Shown: one piece after another, positions 9,460 to 19,777 of the stretch
How the letters are laid out: the number at the start of each line of letters is the position of its first letter
How positions within the stretch are numbered: the stretch's first letter is position 1
NCBI GenBank assembly: GCA_943788985.1
Contig: CALSSJ010000017.1
Span: forward strand, 96,001-160,000
Direction: 5' to 3'
Source of the DNA: an uncultured Lentisphaerales bacterium
Lineage (GTDB): Bacteria; Verrucomicrobiota; Lentisphaeria; JABSQK01; UBA12247
DNA: 64,000 nucleotides
Program-made: the position numbers and the translations under genes
The notes under the pieces: generated by a model
Database searches by the model: none
What the model was told of the DNA's origin: nothing
What the model saw: only the letters and a program-made list of their open reading frames with translations

Positions 9460-12087
9460 CTACTGCTGCAGCTTTAGGGCAACGTTCAGCAATTCCTCGA
9501 GATCAGCGTTCAGGTTAACCTGAACGTTGTAGGTCTGCCCGTTGGGGTTGCTGCTTTCCCGGCCAAAAAGCTTCACGTGCATCGGCGCGGAGGCACCGGG
9601 CTCGTTGACCTCCAGACGAAAAAAGTCATAGGTGAAATCGCGCAGCGCTTTCTCGGCGTTGACCAGCTGTGAGTACTGTTTGGACCCCGGCGCCATCCCG
9701 GCCGTCAGCAACTCGTCCTTCTGCATGCGTAAGTGGCCCTGCTGGCCAGGAATAGAGTAGAGGAAGCCACGGCCAACTTTGACGCGCCCTTCTTCGTACC
9801 CCATGGGAACCCGGCCATAGATACGGCCCGCACCAGTGGCGTTGTAGTCGGGTAGCAGGGCGGCCAGTTTGTCCAGATCAAGATGCTCGGCACGCACGTC
9901 CGTGGTCAGCGCAATCTCGCCATCCAGAGGCAGTCGAACAGCTGCGGCCAGCAGATCTCCATCGCACCAGCCGAGCTCTACCTTCTCGATAAACAGGCTG
10001 TCCTTGGACTCCAACTGCCAGTCCACCCAACCCGGCCCCGCCGACACTGTGCCCAGACTCGCGGTGGAAAATGTGAACGTCTGCCCCGGGTGAGTTCGCA
10101 AGGCTGCGAAGTCTGCAACTTGGACCAAGCCTGAGAATCCATCAATTGTGAGTTCATCATCCGCCCTAGTGATCGACAGCCCTTCGCAAGCAAGCCCGCC
10201 AGCAATCGTCCCCTCTGTGAGCGATAGGTGAGCGCTGAGTCTTCCATTCGTGACAGCGAGCCCTTTGACAAATTTTCCCACGAGACTCACTGGAATATGT
10301 GGCAACTGCAGCGACGCGGTATCCCCTGTCCTGGATGCGGTGCCTTCCAGTGCCACCGTTTCTCCCGCACAATCAAGCTTCCCTAGGATGTTGAATCCTT
10401 CGGTGGACGGCTCGGCGGTCAGGGTCAGGTCCCCAGAACTGGAGTACGCGTGAATTCCCGCCACGGCAAGTTCCACGGGGGCAATCAGGGAGTATGTCTC
10501 GTCTGCCCCAAACCGGATTGGTAATAACGCTGAGATGGAACGTGCAGTGTTATCCCCAAACTTCGCAGCACCGGTCGTCACCCTAAGTTGCACGTCTGCC
10601 TGTGTTCCTCGACCAGAGATTGTTGCAGCAATCTCTAGGTCTTCGATCTCTCCGGCATCGCATGCCAGTTTCCCTTCTTGTCCAATGACCGAGAGTTCCA
10701 AGGATGACGGCGGCCCGGCAGTGGACTCGTTCCACTGAGCCGAGCCGCTGACGCCAACTTGTCCCAGAGAAACGACATAGTCATCACAAGCGACTTCCAA
10801 ATCACGCAGGGTCAAGCTCTCCGACACGAACAGCGGGCCATCCCAGCGAACGCTGGCGTGCGTCTCCAGAAGACCGGAAAGAGCAACGCCTTGCCGCACA
10901 AGCGCGATCTCTGATCCGGAAATTGCGAACTCCGCACATTGGTCGCTGAGCGATGCCTCGACACTTGCCACGACCATGCCGCTGCCGTGCTCGGCTAGGT
11001 CCAGTATCGCAGTTGCGGAGACCGCATCCTGGCCCGCGCATACGACATTTTGGAGCAGTACATCCGGACGAATCTGGAGCTGATCGATTGCGACATCACC
11101 GCTGTCGAGGTCATAACTGAACAGGCTCCTAGTTGGGCGTATCTCCAGACCAACGGCCTCGATCACGCCCTGATCCAACTCGACCTGCACCGTGCGATTT
11201 GCGAAGTTTGCAACAACATCCACGCCAACGGCGCGCACGCCATCAGACTGTAATTGGGCGATGTGCAACTGGCCGTGCCCTGAGAGCGCTCGGTCATACT
11301 TGAGGACAACTTCGCGCAGACCAACCGAGCCAGCCATGTCCTGGTAGCGGCCGCGAACCACGCCGGGATCGACGAAAATTTCCGCAGCTTCAAGCTGCCA
11401 TTCTTTCATTGTGCATTCGCCGGCCGCGCTGAGACTTCCGATGAGCTCGCAGCCATCTGGAAGTAACTCGCTCAGTTGACGAAGATTCAGATAATCGAGA
11501 GACAGAGTTGCGGCCCCGTTGCCGGCTACGTCCACAGCTAGGGTGACGTTGGCCGCCGCGATGGAATCGGCATGCATTCGAATCGTACCGCCCAGCTGCG
11601 GTTGTGTTGTCAGACGAGCATCCACTACGACTTCGCCGAAATCCACGATCGAAATGCGCCCATCGGCGACGCTAATATTCCACGGAAGCTGCGTCAGGTC
11701 CAGGCCCTGTTCTCCCGCAGACTCTTGCGCCTCTGAAGAGCCAACCAGACGTAGGCTCCCGTCCTCGATGGCAAGCACAGCCATGGGTGCGAAAAACTCC
11801 ACGCTGGTGACCTTGCGGGCAATGGGATCGAAACGGACCCGCACATCGCGGGCCGTTATGCCTTGGACACGGACATCACGTAGGTGCAGTTCCTGCAGCC
11901 CAATTCCGACCACGATGCACGAAGCACCGGGCAGCAGTCTCGCGCCCGCGCGATCGACTGCGAACTGCGCAATTGGCCGGCGCAGCAGCGCGACAAGCAC
12001 GGCAACTGTCAGGGCCACGGCGTAAAGCCGCGCCCATTTTCGAGGCGCTTTCACGCTGTCCAGTTGCCGCCTGTCGCGCATCGACAC
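9460..12087 (-). CDS. YdbH-like (AsmA-like) intermembrane lipid-transport protein
   Basis: N-terminal TM anchor, long beta-rich body, C-terminal GRIYGRVP..G.L..AL.DF.Y..NLNADL typical of YdbH. Confidence 0.7.
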   Translation of the reverse strand: MSMRDRRQLDSVKAPRKWARLYAVALTVAVLVALLRRPIAQFAVDRAGARLLPGASCIVVGIGLQELHLRDVRVQGITARDVRVRFDPIARKVTSVEFFAPMAVLAIEDGSLRLVGSSEAQESAGEQGLDLTQLPWNISVADGRISIVDFGEVVVDARLTTQPQLGGTIRMHADSIAAANVTLAVDVAGNGAATLSLDYLNLRQLSELLPDGCELIGSLSAAGECTMKEWQLEAAEIFVDPGVVRGRYQDMAGSVGLREVVLKYDRALSGHGQLHIAQLQSDGVRAVGVDVVANFANRTVQVELDQGVIEAVGLEIRPTRSLFSYDLDSGDVAIDQLQIRPDVLLQNVVCAGQDAVSATAILDLAEHGSGMVVASVEASLSDQCAEFAISGSEIALVRQGVALSGLLETHASVRWDGPLFVSESLTLRDLEVACDDYVVSLGQVGVSGSAQWNESTAGPPSSLELSVIGQEGKLACDAGEIEDLEIAATISGRGTQADVQLRVTTGAAKFGDNTARSISALLPIRFGADETYSLIAPVELAVAGIHAYSSSGDLTLTAEPSTEGFNILGKLDCAGETVALEGTASRTGDTASLQLPHIPVSLVGKFVKGLAVTNGRLSAHLSLTEGTIAGGLACEGLSITRADDELTIDGFSGLVQVADFAALRTHPGQTFTFSTASLGTVSAGPGWVDWQLESKDSLFIEKVELGWCDGDLLAAAVRLPLDGEIALTTDVRAEHLDLDKLAALLPDYNATGAGRIYGRVPMGYEEGRVKVGRGFLYSIPGQQGHLRMQKDELLTAGMAPGSKQYSQLVNAEKALRDFTYDFFRLEVNEPGASAPMHVKLFGRESSNPNGQTYNVQVNLNADLEELLNVALKLQQ

Positions 12088-13233
12088 CTATTGCGGCTCG
12101 GAGAAAATCCCCGTTACACGCTTTAGAAAGGCGCGCAGCTTGGGATGAACGCCGTCGTCCAGACTCTTGGCAAATTCCTGGAGTTTCTCTCGCTGATGTG
12201 AGCGCAGGTTTCGCGGAATCTCCACCGCAATCCGCACGTGCTGGTCGCCCCGGCCACGACCCTGCAGAGAAGGAATTCCCTTGCCCCGCATGCGCATGAC
12301 GATGCCGTTCTGCGTGCCTGGGGGAATCTTGAGATTTGCCATTCCTGAGATGGTGGGCACTTCGATCGTGCCGCCCAGCGCTGCGGTCGGAAAGTCAATC
12401 GGCATGTCGACGATGATATCGTTGTCTTCGCGTTGGAAAACGTCATGCTCTTTGATGTGCAGAACAACAAACAGGTTACCGTTCGGGCCACCACGGGCTC
12501 CGGCATCTCCTTCGCCAGCCACACGCAAGCGCGAGCCGGTATCGACACCCGCGGGGATGCGAATCTGGATCTTCTTAGCCTTGTTCACAGTCCCGTCGCC
12601 CTGACAGCTGCCGCACGGGTGATCGACCGTCTCGCCGGTCCCATTACAGCGTCCGCAGGGCTGGCGCACGCTGAAGAAGCCCTGAGCCATGGTCACTTGG
12701 CCAGCACCGCCGCATTGCGCACAGCGTGTGCGGCTGGCGCCAGCGCCGAGTCCACTGCCCTTGCACGTGTCGCAGCAGGCCCCCTTGCTGACCTCGATCT
12801 GCTTTTCGCAGCCGAATACCGCTTCTTCAAAAGTGATCTGCATATCATAGCGGAGATCGGCGCCTTGCTGCGCACCACCGCGCCGTCGACGGCCGCCACC
12901 GCCACCGCCGCCACCACCAAAGAACTCTTCAAAAATACTCCCAGCACCGCCAAAGGCTTGGCTGAAGATATCAAACGGGTCCACTCCGGGCCCGCCGCCG
13001 GAACCTTGCCGCGTAAAGGCGTCATGGCCGACCTGGTCATACATCTGGCGCTTTTCTGCGTCACTCAGAACTTCATAGGCCTGAGAGATTTCTTTGAACT
13101 TTGTTTCTGCCTCTGGATTGTCCGGATTGGTGTCCGGGTGATACTTCATCGCCAGCTTACGATAGGCTTTCTTCAGATCGCCTTCAGCGACGCCGCGTTC
13201 AACGCCCAATGCTTGATAGTAGTCTTTGGACAT
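12088..13233 (-). CDS. dnaJ: Chaperone DnaJ
   Basis: HPD motif, G/F region, four CxxCxGxG repeats. Confidence 0.98.
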   Translation of the reverse strand: MSKDYYQALGVERGVAEGDLKKAYRKLAMKYHPDTNPDNPEAETKFKEISQAYEVLSDAEKRQMYDQVGHDAFTRQGSGGGPGVDPFDIFSQAFGGAGSIFEEFFGGGGGGGGGRRRRGGAQQGADLRYDMQITFEEAVFGCEKQIEVSKGACCDTCKGSGLGAGASRTRCAQCGGAGQVTMAQGFFSVRQPCGRCNGTGETVDHPCGSCQGDGTVNKAKKIQIRIPAGVDTGSRLRVAGEGDAGARGGPNGNLFVVLHIKEHDVFQREDNDIIVDMPIDFPTAALGGTIEVPTISGMANLKIPPGTQNGIVMRMRGKGIPSLQGRGRGDQHVRIAVEIPRNLRSHQREKLQEFAKSLDDGVHPKLRAFLKRVTGIFSEPQ

Positions 13234-13236
13234 GAT

Positions 13237-13830
13237 CTACTTTTCGTCCTGATCAGCCGCGGTGCCACTGCTTACGACCACGCAAGCCGGGCGAATCAAG
13301 CGGTCTTTCAGCTGATAGCCGCGCTTGATCACCCGCAGAATGGTCCCTTCGTCGGTATCTTCGCAGTTCTCCGTCTGGAGCGCTTCGTGAATCGAAGGGT
13401 CAAATGTCTCGCCCTCTGGTTCCAGAGTGTCGATCCCCATCCGCTCGAAGGCACGATCGAACTCGTTGTGGATCATCCGCATGCCAGCCTTGAGCGCGCT
13501 GATGTCATCGGAGGTTTCGACGGCCATCATTGCGAGCTGAAAATTATCCATCACGGTCGCAAACTCCAAGACCGTCTGGATCTGTGAATTCGCGCGCGCC
13601 TCGGTCAGGTCGCGCTGCGTCCGCTTACGGAAATTATCAAACTCAGCGCGGGCGCGAAGTAGTCGATCCTTGACCGCCTGAACATCTTCCTCATCGGGCG
13701 CGGAAGGCGCTTCCTGCTCTTTCTCCGCGTCGTTATCAGGCTCAGTTTCCTGCGACGGGTCGCTCTCCTCAGAACTAGCTTCTACCGGAGGAATCGCTTC
13801 CTCCTCGGGTACTTCTGTATTTTCGTCCAT
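13237..13830 (-). CDS. grpE: Nucleotide exchange factor GrpE
   Basis: RARAEFDNFRKR, FDPSIHEA, GYQLKDRLIRPA; GGAG before ATG 13830. Confidence 0.96.
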   Translation of the reverse strand: MDENTEVPEEEAIPPVEASSEESDPSQETEPDNDAEKEQEAPSAPDEEDVQAVKDRLLRARAEFDNFRKRTQRDLTEARANSQIQTVLEFATVMDNFQLAMMAVETSDDISALKAGMRMIHNEFDRAFERMGIDTLEPEGETFDPSIHEALQTENCEDTDEGTILRVIKRGYQLKDRLIRPACVVVSSGTAADQDEK

Positions 13831-14001
13831 GATTTCGCTCCAAATTGGGATCAAGTTGAGCCGGGAAAGATAGTCGCCCGACACAGGGAATCAATAACAC
13901 CTGCCAGGACCCGAGCTTCAAAAAAGCGCGAGGTCAGAGCTGGCGTATTGAACGTTGCCGAACATCTTGCCCTAACTAGGGATCAGCATAAGGAGTACAC
14001 T

Positions 14002-14316
14002 ATGGCGGAAAAGACGAAAGCGAAGAAATCTGGTGGCGGCGTATTTCCCTTCTTTATCGGCACGATTTTCGGCGGGCTGATTGGCCTGGGACTGGGCTGG
14101 GTGGCCTGGTCACAGTCAAGCCTGCTTGGGGGCGACGTAGAAGCGTTTCGAAAGAGTTTCATGGAAAAGTATGTGACCAACGCCACGGATACGGCAAAAC
14201 GCGAAACTGCGGAATGGGCGGAAAGTCTGGCCTCCAAACTGCGAAATGATCTTGCCAGTGGACCGGCCGGAGACGTTCCGATGCCGAAGGAGCAACCGCT
14301 TCCGCGCGGCAACTGA
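14002..14316 (+). CDS. Small membrane protein, hypothetical
   Basis: AAGGAG RBS; Gly-rich TM FFIGTIFGGLIGLGLGW. Confidence 0.7.
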   Translation: MAEKTKAKKSGGGVFPFFIGTIFGGLIGLGLGWVAWSQSSLLGGDVEAFRKSFMEKYVTNATDTAKRETAEWAESLASKLRNDLASGPAGDVPMPKEQPLPRGN

Positions 14317-14977
14317 GGGTTTGCGACCGTCTTCTCTCCCCCAAATGAGAAATAACCCTCCGGTGACCGGCGAAGTCCGGTCCACTGGATTGTTATGAAT
14401 CAACCGCAGACAAGGAGAATTTGCCGTGATTAGGGCAGGGGACCGCGTGCCAACCAACGGAAATTGGACCGTTGCGCTGGATGAGGGAGAGGGCCGTGTG
14501 TTCTGGTGCGGGTATCCGTTTGGCGGATGCAGGCGCGCTGTGAGGGTTGCACGGTGGCAAAGGCTGCGAGTGACAGCGAACTGATAGGCATGCTGCAGGA
14601 GGTTTCCAAATCGCAGAACCCGCCAATGGCTGCTGCTGCTCGAAGGCTGCTTGTCAACGACGGATGAATTCCTTATTTCTCATTCGCCATGGCCGAAATT
14701 AGATCCGTGCTGCGGTCAGGCCGCCCAGGGTGCAAAACCGTAGTTCGAACTTCATCTGGCGTGCGTGGTCGTGGCGACCAAAGATGCAGCACACAGGAAA
14801 CTGAGGTGGCCATGAATTACCGCCCCTCGGGTAGCTCGTTATCAATGTCCATCAGTGGTTCTGATTCTTCTCCGTTTTAGCCAATGATCCGACCACAAGT
14901 TACGAGCCGTTTCGTGGGCGGGTTGTTGGCTTCGTCGGATGGTTTGACCACTGATCGACATTGCTGGACACTGATTT

Positions 14978-15310
14978 CTAACCTTCAATGCCGTCCTTTT
15001 CGCCCCCCCTGCACGCCTGGCCTGCGGGCCGTAACCGTCCGTGCAGCCAGATGATCGGCTCAAGCGTGTGATTATTGATGCAGCGGATCGTCCCAGCGGG
15101 GATTAATAATTCCTCACCAATAGCTGGCTTGAAGGTCTCTCCTGCAATCTCGACCGTCACTTCCCCACTGAGCAGCACGATCAGTTGGTCGAAGGTGTGT
15201 ATCCTCCGGTCCGTCACCTCGCCAGGCGCTAGGGATTCACGATCGCAACTAAAACCGCGCTCCTGCCAATTTCCTACGATATCTTCGGGAATGTCGATTG
15301 GGGCCGTCAT
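14978..15310 (-). CDS. Cupin domain protein
   Basis: WQERGFSC..H..IVLLSGEV..GEELLIPAG. Confidence 0.75.
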   Translation of the reverse strand: MTAPIDIPEDIVGNWQERGFSCDRESLAPGEVTDRRIHTFDQLIVLLSGEVTVEIAGETFKPAIGEELLIPAGTIRCINNHTLEPIIWLHGRLRPAGQACRGGEKDGIEG

Positions 15311-16950
15311 TTCAGGAGTTCTCCTTTCAACTCATCGGAAAGATCAGATTCGAGCAGCCAGGCCTCTGCTGCATCGGGATTCGTGCGCCGCCAATAACGA
15401 ACCGCCGATGTTACTCCTTGCACGCGCAAGCGGTCCGTTTCAAGTCCAGATGCCCAGTTTACGGCAGCTTCTGGGGATCGGCGTGCCCAGACACCGGCCA
15501 CTTGCGAATACGCTGAGGCGTCCGTAGAATTCTCTTCGAGCCAGGCAGCGGCCTGTGCCGCGTCGTTCGCTCCTCTGGCTGCCCACCTGGATGTGGTGCG
15601 CAAAACTGCGGAGCGGCGCATGGTCTCGTCAGGAAAGGAGGACGCCCAATCTACAGCCTCGCGGGGTGCCTTTGAAGCCCAGTTCTCAGCAACGTCGACA
15701 TAGAGTCGATTCTGAATCTTGCTGTCTTCCAAGGTCCCGATCCACTCCACGGCTGCCGCCGGGTCCTTCGCCCCCCAGGATCTGGCGATATTCATCACCA
15801 CCGAACTGTGAGCACTGCCAAGGTCCATATCCGCCACCCAACTCGCGGCGCTCTCCGGATCCCGGGAAGACCAAGTCCGCAGCACGGTGCTGAGCGCAGA
15901 GTTCTTCGCATTTCCGTCCCCGAGTTCTGCCAGCCATGTCGCGGCGCCTTCGGGATCCTGCTGTGCCCAGCGGCTAGAGGCCGTCATCAGGCCCTGTTGA
16001 CGGGTGCTGGCATCCGGCAATGAAGCCGCCCATTCAGTAGCCGCAGCCGGATCGGTGCGGCTAATAGCCTGGACGATCGCGACGTACGCCTTGTTGCGCG
16101 TCCCCTCATTTTCGAGGTTACGCGCAAATTCATAGGCAGCACTAGGATCGGCAGCTGCCATCACACTCACCAGCGTGCTGCCCAGCTCCTGATGCAACGC
16201 GTGTTCTGACAACTCCTGCGCCCAAGCAAAGGCTGCATCCTTGTCCAGCTGGCGCAATGTCCGGATCACCCCCTGGGCCGCAGCAACAAATGCGGTCTCG
16301 TCTTCCTGAGCGGTCACCCATTCAATTGCTTCTTCGCGGTTGGCCGTCACCCACTTGGAGGCGATAACATTCACCACCAGGCTGCGGTATGCGCTTGGCA
16401 AGCCGACACCCCACTCCATCCCACCTTCCATATCATGCTGCATCATCTGCGTCGCGATTGCATGCGCCAAAACGTTCTGGTCTGAGCGATCCGTCACCAT
16501 CTCCACAAATTCGTACGCGGCATCCGGGTCATAGGCCAGTTGCACTGCCAGCATCCGCAGCCGATCTTGCCGCGCGGCTCGGTTCGAAATCTCTAGCGCA
16601 GCCAAAAACTCCGGCTCAAACTTTTCAAGATTCAGGCGCTGAATCACGCGCACTTTCCCCGCGGGTTCATCCGGGTCGGCGCTCGAGGAACGCCTAAACG
16701 CGTGCTTTCCTGTCGCCGTAGGATCCCCAAAACTCGGCAAAGAAGTCGCCGTACCCGCCTTCTTCGCAGCCTTCAATACCACCTCGGAACTCGCGCCAGC
16801 GCGAGAATTTTCGGTCGCCACCGGCTGCCCCCCACCTTGCTCGTTTTTGGTGCCTATAGTGGTGTCCCCCGGCCCGAAGCTGAAGACGACAATCAGCCCC
16901 GCCACGAGGAGTGGAAGAATGATTGCAAGGGGGATGCGGAGTGAGTCCAT
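15307..16950 (-). CDS. Membrane-anchored helical-repeat protein (DPxAAxxW repeats)
   Basis: N-terminal TM then roughly a dozen ~31-aa repeats (DPSAAYEF, DPAAATEW, DPEGAATW, DPESAASW, DPAAAVEW). Confidence 0.85.
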   Translation of the reverse strand: MDSLRIPLAIILPLLVAGLIVVFSFGPGDTTIGTKNEQGGGQPVATENSRAGASSEVVLKAAKKAGTATSLPSFGDPTATGKHAFRRSSSADPDEPAGKVRVIQRLNLEKFEPEFLAALEISNRAARQDRLRMLAVQLAYDPDAAYEFVEMVTDRSDQNVLAHAIATQMMQHDMEGGMEWGVGLPSAYRSLVVNVIASKWVTANREEAIEWVTAQEDETAFVAAAQGVIRTLRQLDKDAAFAWAQELSEHALHQELGSTLVSVMAAADPSAAYEFARNLENEGTRNKAYVAIVQAISRTDPAAATEWAASLPDASTRQQGLMTASSRWAQQDPEGAATWLAELGDGNAKNSALSTVLRTWSSRDPESAASWVADMDLGSAHSSVVMNIARSWGAKDPAAAVEWIGTLEDSKIQNRLYVDVAENWASKAPREAVDWASSFPDETMRRSAVLRTTSRWAARGANDAAQAAAWLEENSTDASAYSQVAGVWARRSPEAAVNWASGLETDRLRVQGVTSAVRYWRRTNPDAAEAWLLESDLSDELKGELLK

Positions 16951-17049
16951 AAAGATTGTACTTTGTGTTTCGCGTTGAACGGCTTGCGTGTCGGCGGTAA
17001 AGTAACCGCTTTGCCCGATTCCTCCAAGCAACGGCTAGGTAAACTCATC

Positions 17050-18402
17050 ATGACAGAAGATCTTACACCTTTGTTGGATCAATTAAACGACTTTGATCCC
17101 GAGGTACGGGCCGAAGCGCTTGCAGAATTACAGAGTATGGACATTTCGCGCAAGTCGCTGAAACAGCCGCATGTAAACATGCACTGCCATACCTTTCATT
17201 CCTACAATGGATACGGCTCATCCCCTTCGCGTCTCGCTTGGGAAGCCTGGGCCAAGTCCTGGTACGGAATCGCCACCTGCGACTTTGATGTATTGGACTC
17301 GGTCCCAGAATTTCTCGAAGCCGCCGATAAAATTTCCATTCGCGCTGCTGCCCATATGGAAACTCGCGTGTTTTTCAAGGAATACGCAGATCAGGTCATC
17401 AACTCCCCCGGCGAACCCGGTATCTTCTACTTCATGGGGTCCGGCTTCACGGAGCTACCGGCTGAAGATAGTGAAGACGCCCAGAAGATTGCTGCGCTGA
17501 AGACCACCGCCCAAGCGCGGAATCAGACTGTAATCGGGCTTCTCAACGGCTTTCTAGGTGAAACAGTCATCGACTACGCGGAGCACATCCTGCCGATGAC
17601 CCCGACCGGTAACCCTACCGAGCGGCATATCGTACAGGCACTGGATGAGCAGATCGCTGCCACCAAGGGCTCCGGCGCCACAGCCTTCTGGGCCGATAAA
17701 CTCGGTTTGGACAGCAATGCAGTTGCCAGCGCCCAGACCGACACCAACGGATTCCGCGACCTGCTGCGCAGCAAGTTGATGAAATCCGGCGGTCCGGCCT
17801 ACATCCAGCCCGATCCAGCCAGCTTTCCCGCCTTGGAGGACATGATTAGTCTCTTCAAGAGCTGCGAGGCCATTCCCACAGCGGCTTGGCTTGATGGCAC
17901 TTCAGAAGGTGAATCAAACCCGACCGAGCAGCTTGAATGCCTCAAGGCCAAAGGCGTCGCAGCCGTGAACATCATTCCGGACCGCAATTGGAACATCGAC
18001 GATCCCGATGAGCGCAACCGTAAGATTGAAAACTTTCACGCCTACGTCCAAGCAGCGGACAAGCTGCATATGCCAATTAACGTCGGCACGGAGCTCAACA
18101 AACCCGGCCAGCGCTGGATGGATGAGTTCACCGCTGAGCCAATGGCCCGCGTGGCCCCAAGCCTGATTCGCGGTGCTGAGATCATGATTGGTCACACCCG
18201 CCTTTCTCGCTTTGCCGGTGTTACCTACTGCGGCGCCAAGGCTGAGGCTGAATTCGGCACAAACATCGATCTCAAGAACCGCGTATTTGCGGCGATCGGT
18301 GCCTTGCCACCATTCCAGCCCGCGGTTGTTGGTTACCTCAAGCGGATGGAGCCTGAGCACAACTACGCGTACATGCGCGAGTCCATTAAGGATCGCCTGT
18401 AG
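17050..18402 (+). CDS. PHP domain metallohydrolase
   Basis: NMHCHTFHS, TCDFD, GNPTERH. Confidence 0.75.
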   Translation: MTEDLTPLLDQLNDFDPEVRAEALAELQSMDISRKSLKQPHVNMHCHTFHSYNGYGSSPSRLAWEAWAKSWYGIATCDFDVLDSVPEFLEAADKISIRAAAHMETRVFFKEYADQVINSPGEPGIFYFMGSGFTELPAEDSEDAQKIAALKTTAQARNQTVIGLLNGFLGETVIDYAEHILPMTPTGNPTERHIVQALDEQIAATKGSGATAFWADKLGLDSNAVASAQTDTNGFRDLLRSKLMKSGGPAYIQPDPASFPALEDMISLFKSCEAIPTAAWLDGTSEGESNPTEQLECLKAKGVAAVNIIPDRNWNIDDPDERNRKIENFHAYVQAADKLHMPINVGTELNKPGQRWMDEFTAEPMARVAPSLIRGAEIMIGHTRLSRFAGVTYCGAKAEAEFGTNIDLKNRVFAAIGALPPFQPAVVGYLKRMEPEHNYAYMRESIKDRL

Positions 18403-18404
18403 CA

Positions 18405-18550
18405 GGCGCCTCCTCCACCAATACGCCACGGATTAGCCAGGTATAAATATTCAAGCTAGGCATTGCGCCTCTCATGCGCTTGAGTATTGTACCCGGCTCG
18501 TGGCCCCAGTCACGAATTCTATTTGACCCAATTAACCGGAGGGCTTTGCC
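18405..18550 (+). ncRNA. Putative structured leader RNA of infC-rpmI-rplT
   Basis: Nested pairings 18425-30/18499-504, 18435-38/18495-98, 18440-44/18489-93, 18446-56/18478-88 with G-U pairs on the + strand; CCTCC (18409-16) complementary to SD GGAGG (18538-42). Confidence 0.5.
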
Positions 18551-19060
18551 ATTCCACGCCTGGTTACGAAAGAAGATGCACACTCTGGCAAGAGTGTACG
18601 CCTAGTTTGTGAAGACGGAGAGCAGATAATCCTGGAAGTCCCTGAGGCGCTACGACGCGCAAAGGACGCCGGGCTCGACTTGGTCGTCGTCGCTGAAAAT
18701 GCAGACATACCAGTCTGCAAGCTGATGAACTTCGGCAAATTTCAGTACCAGCGTAAACGGCAGCTGCGAGATCAGAAGAAGAAGCAGCACGTCCACCGCA
18801 ACAAAGAGATCAAGTTTCACGCAAATATTGATCCACACGATTATGACTTCAAGGTAGGGCATATTCGTGCGTTCCTTGAGAAAGGTCACCGCGTCAAGGT
18901 CTCACTGTTCTTCAGAGGCCGCGAGATGGCGCGCCGTGATCGCGGGATGGAACTGATGCAAAATGTCGTCGATGATCTCAACACTTTAGCAACTGTAGAA
19001 AACGAGCCGCGCATGGTTGGCAAGAATGTCAGCATGCTGCTCGCACCCAATAAAACCTGA
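18551..19060 (+). CDS. infC: Translation initiation factor IF-3 (ATT start)
   Basis: GGAGG-N8-ATT at 18551, in-frame TAA at 18533; VRLV..EAL..A...GLDLV..PVCKLMNFGKF..KEIKF..FRGRE. Confidence 0.94.
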   Translation: MPRLVTKEDAHSGKSVRLVCEDGEQIILEVPEALRRAKDAGLDLVVVAENADIPVCKLMNFGKFQYQRKRQLRDQKKKQHVHRNKEIKFHANIDPHDYDFKVGHIRAFLEKGHRVKVSLFFRGREMARRDRGMELMQNVVDDLNTLATVENEPRMVGKNVSMLLAPNKT

Positions 19061-19075
19061 TCCAGGAGACAATAA

Positions 19076-19279
19076 ATGCCCAAGCAAAAGACTCGGAAGT
19101 GCGCTGCAAAGCGGCTTAAGAAGACTGGCACCGGTAAGTACATGCACTACCGCGCAGGCAATCGCCACATTCTGACCAAGAAGAACCGCAAGCGTAAGCG
19201 TCGTCTCGGTAAGGATGCAGAAGTTAAGTCCACAGAGATGCGCCGAATTCGCGCCGCTCTTCCTTACGGATTGAAATAA
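19076..19279 (+). CDS. rpmI: 50S ribosomal protein L35
   Basis: MPKQKT..AAKR..TGTGK..HILTKK. Confidence 0.97.
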   Translation: MPKQKTRKCAAKRLKKTGTGKYMHYRAGNRHILTKKNRKRKRRLGKDAEVKSTEMRRIRAALPYGLK

Positions 19280-19305
19280 TACTGATCGCTCAGGAGATTT
19301 AAAAC

Positions 19306-19659
19306 ATGAGAGTCACCAACGCTCCCGCGTCAAGAAAGCGGCGTCGCACAATCTTGAAGAACGCACGCGGCTTTTCCGGAGGTCGCAGCAAGCAGATCCG
19401 TACAGCAATGGACGCTGTCGACAAGGCAAACAGCCACGCATATGTAGGCCGTAAGCTTAAGAAGCGTCAGTTTCGTCGCCTATGGACCGTGCGTATCAAC
19501 GCCGCCACCCGCAGCCATGGTATGACCTATAGCAAGTTTATCGACGGGCTCAACAAAGCTGGTGTCGAACTGAACCGCAAAGTTCTCGCCGATCTAGCAG
19601 TCCGCGAGCCGAACGCCTTCAAGGCCTTGGTGGATCAGGCGCAGGCCGCTCTGGCATAA
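19306..19659 (+). CDS. rplT: 50S ribosomal protein L20
   Basis: [34 protein letters not shown]. Confidence 0.98.
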   Translation: MRVTNAPASRKRRRTILKNARGFSGGRSKQIRTAMDAVDKANSHAYVGRKLKKRQFRRLWTVRINAATRSHGMTYSKFIDGLNKAGVELNRKVLADLAVREPNAFKALVDQAQAALA

Positions 19660-19688
19660 TTCGCCAGAGCTGTAACGCACGATCCTAG

Positions 19689-19725
19689 AAAGGAGCGATG
19701 GATCTAATCCGTCGCTCCTTTTTTT
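19689..19725 (+). terminator. Rho-independent terminator after rplT
   Basis: AAAGGAGCGATGGAT-cta-ATCCGTCGCTCCTTT plus T run. Confidence 0.88.
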
Positions 19726-19777
19726 GTTACGAACGCAGGGCCCAATCTGGGCGTCAATGATCTGGACGGGAGAGAAT

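Noticed and set aside
12433..13587. 384-aa plus-strand ORF
   Set aside because: Antisense shadow of dnaJ/grpE
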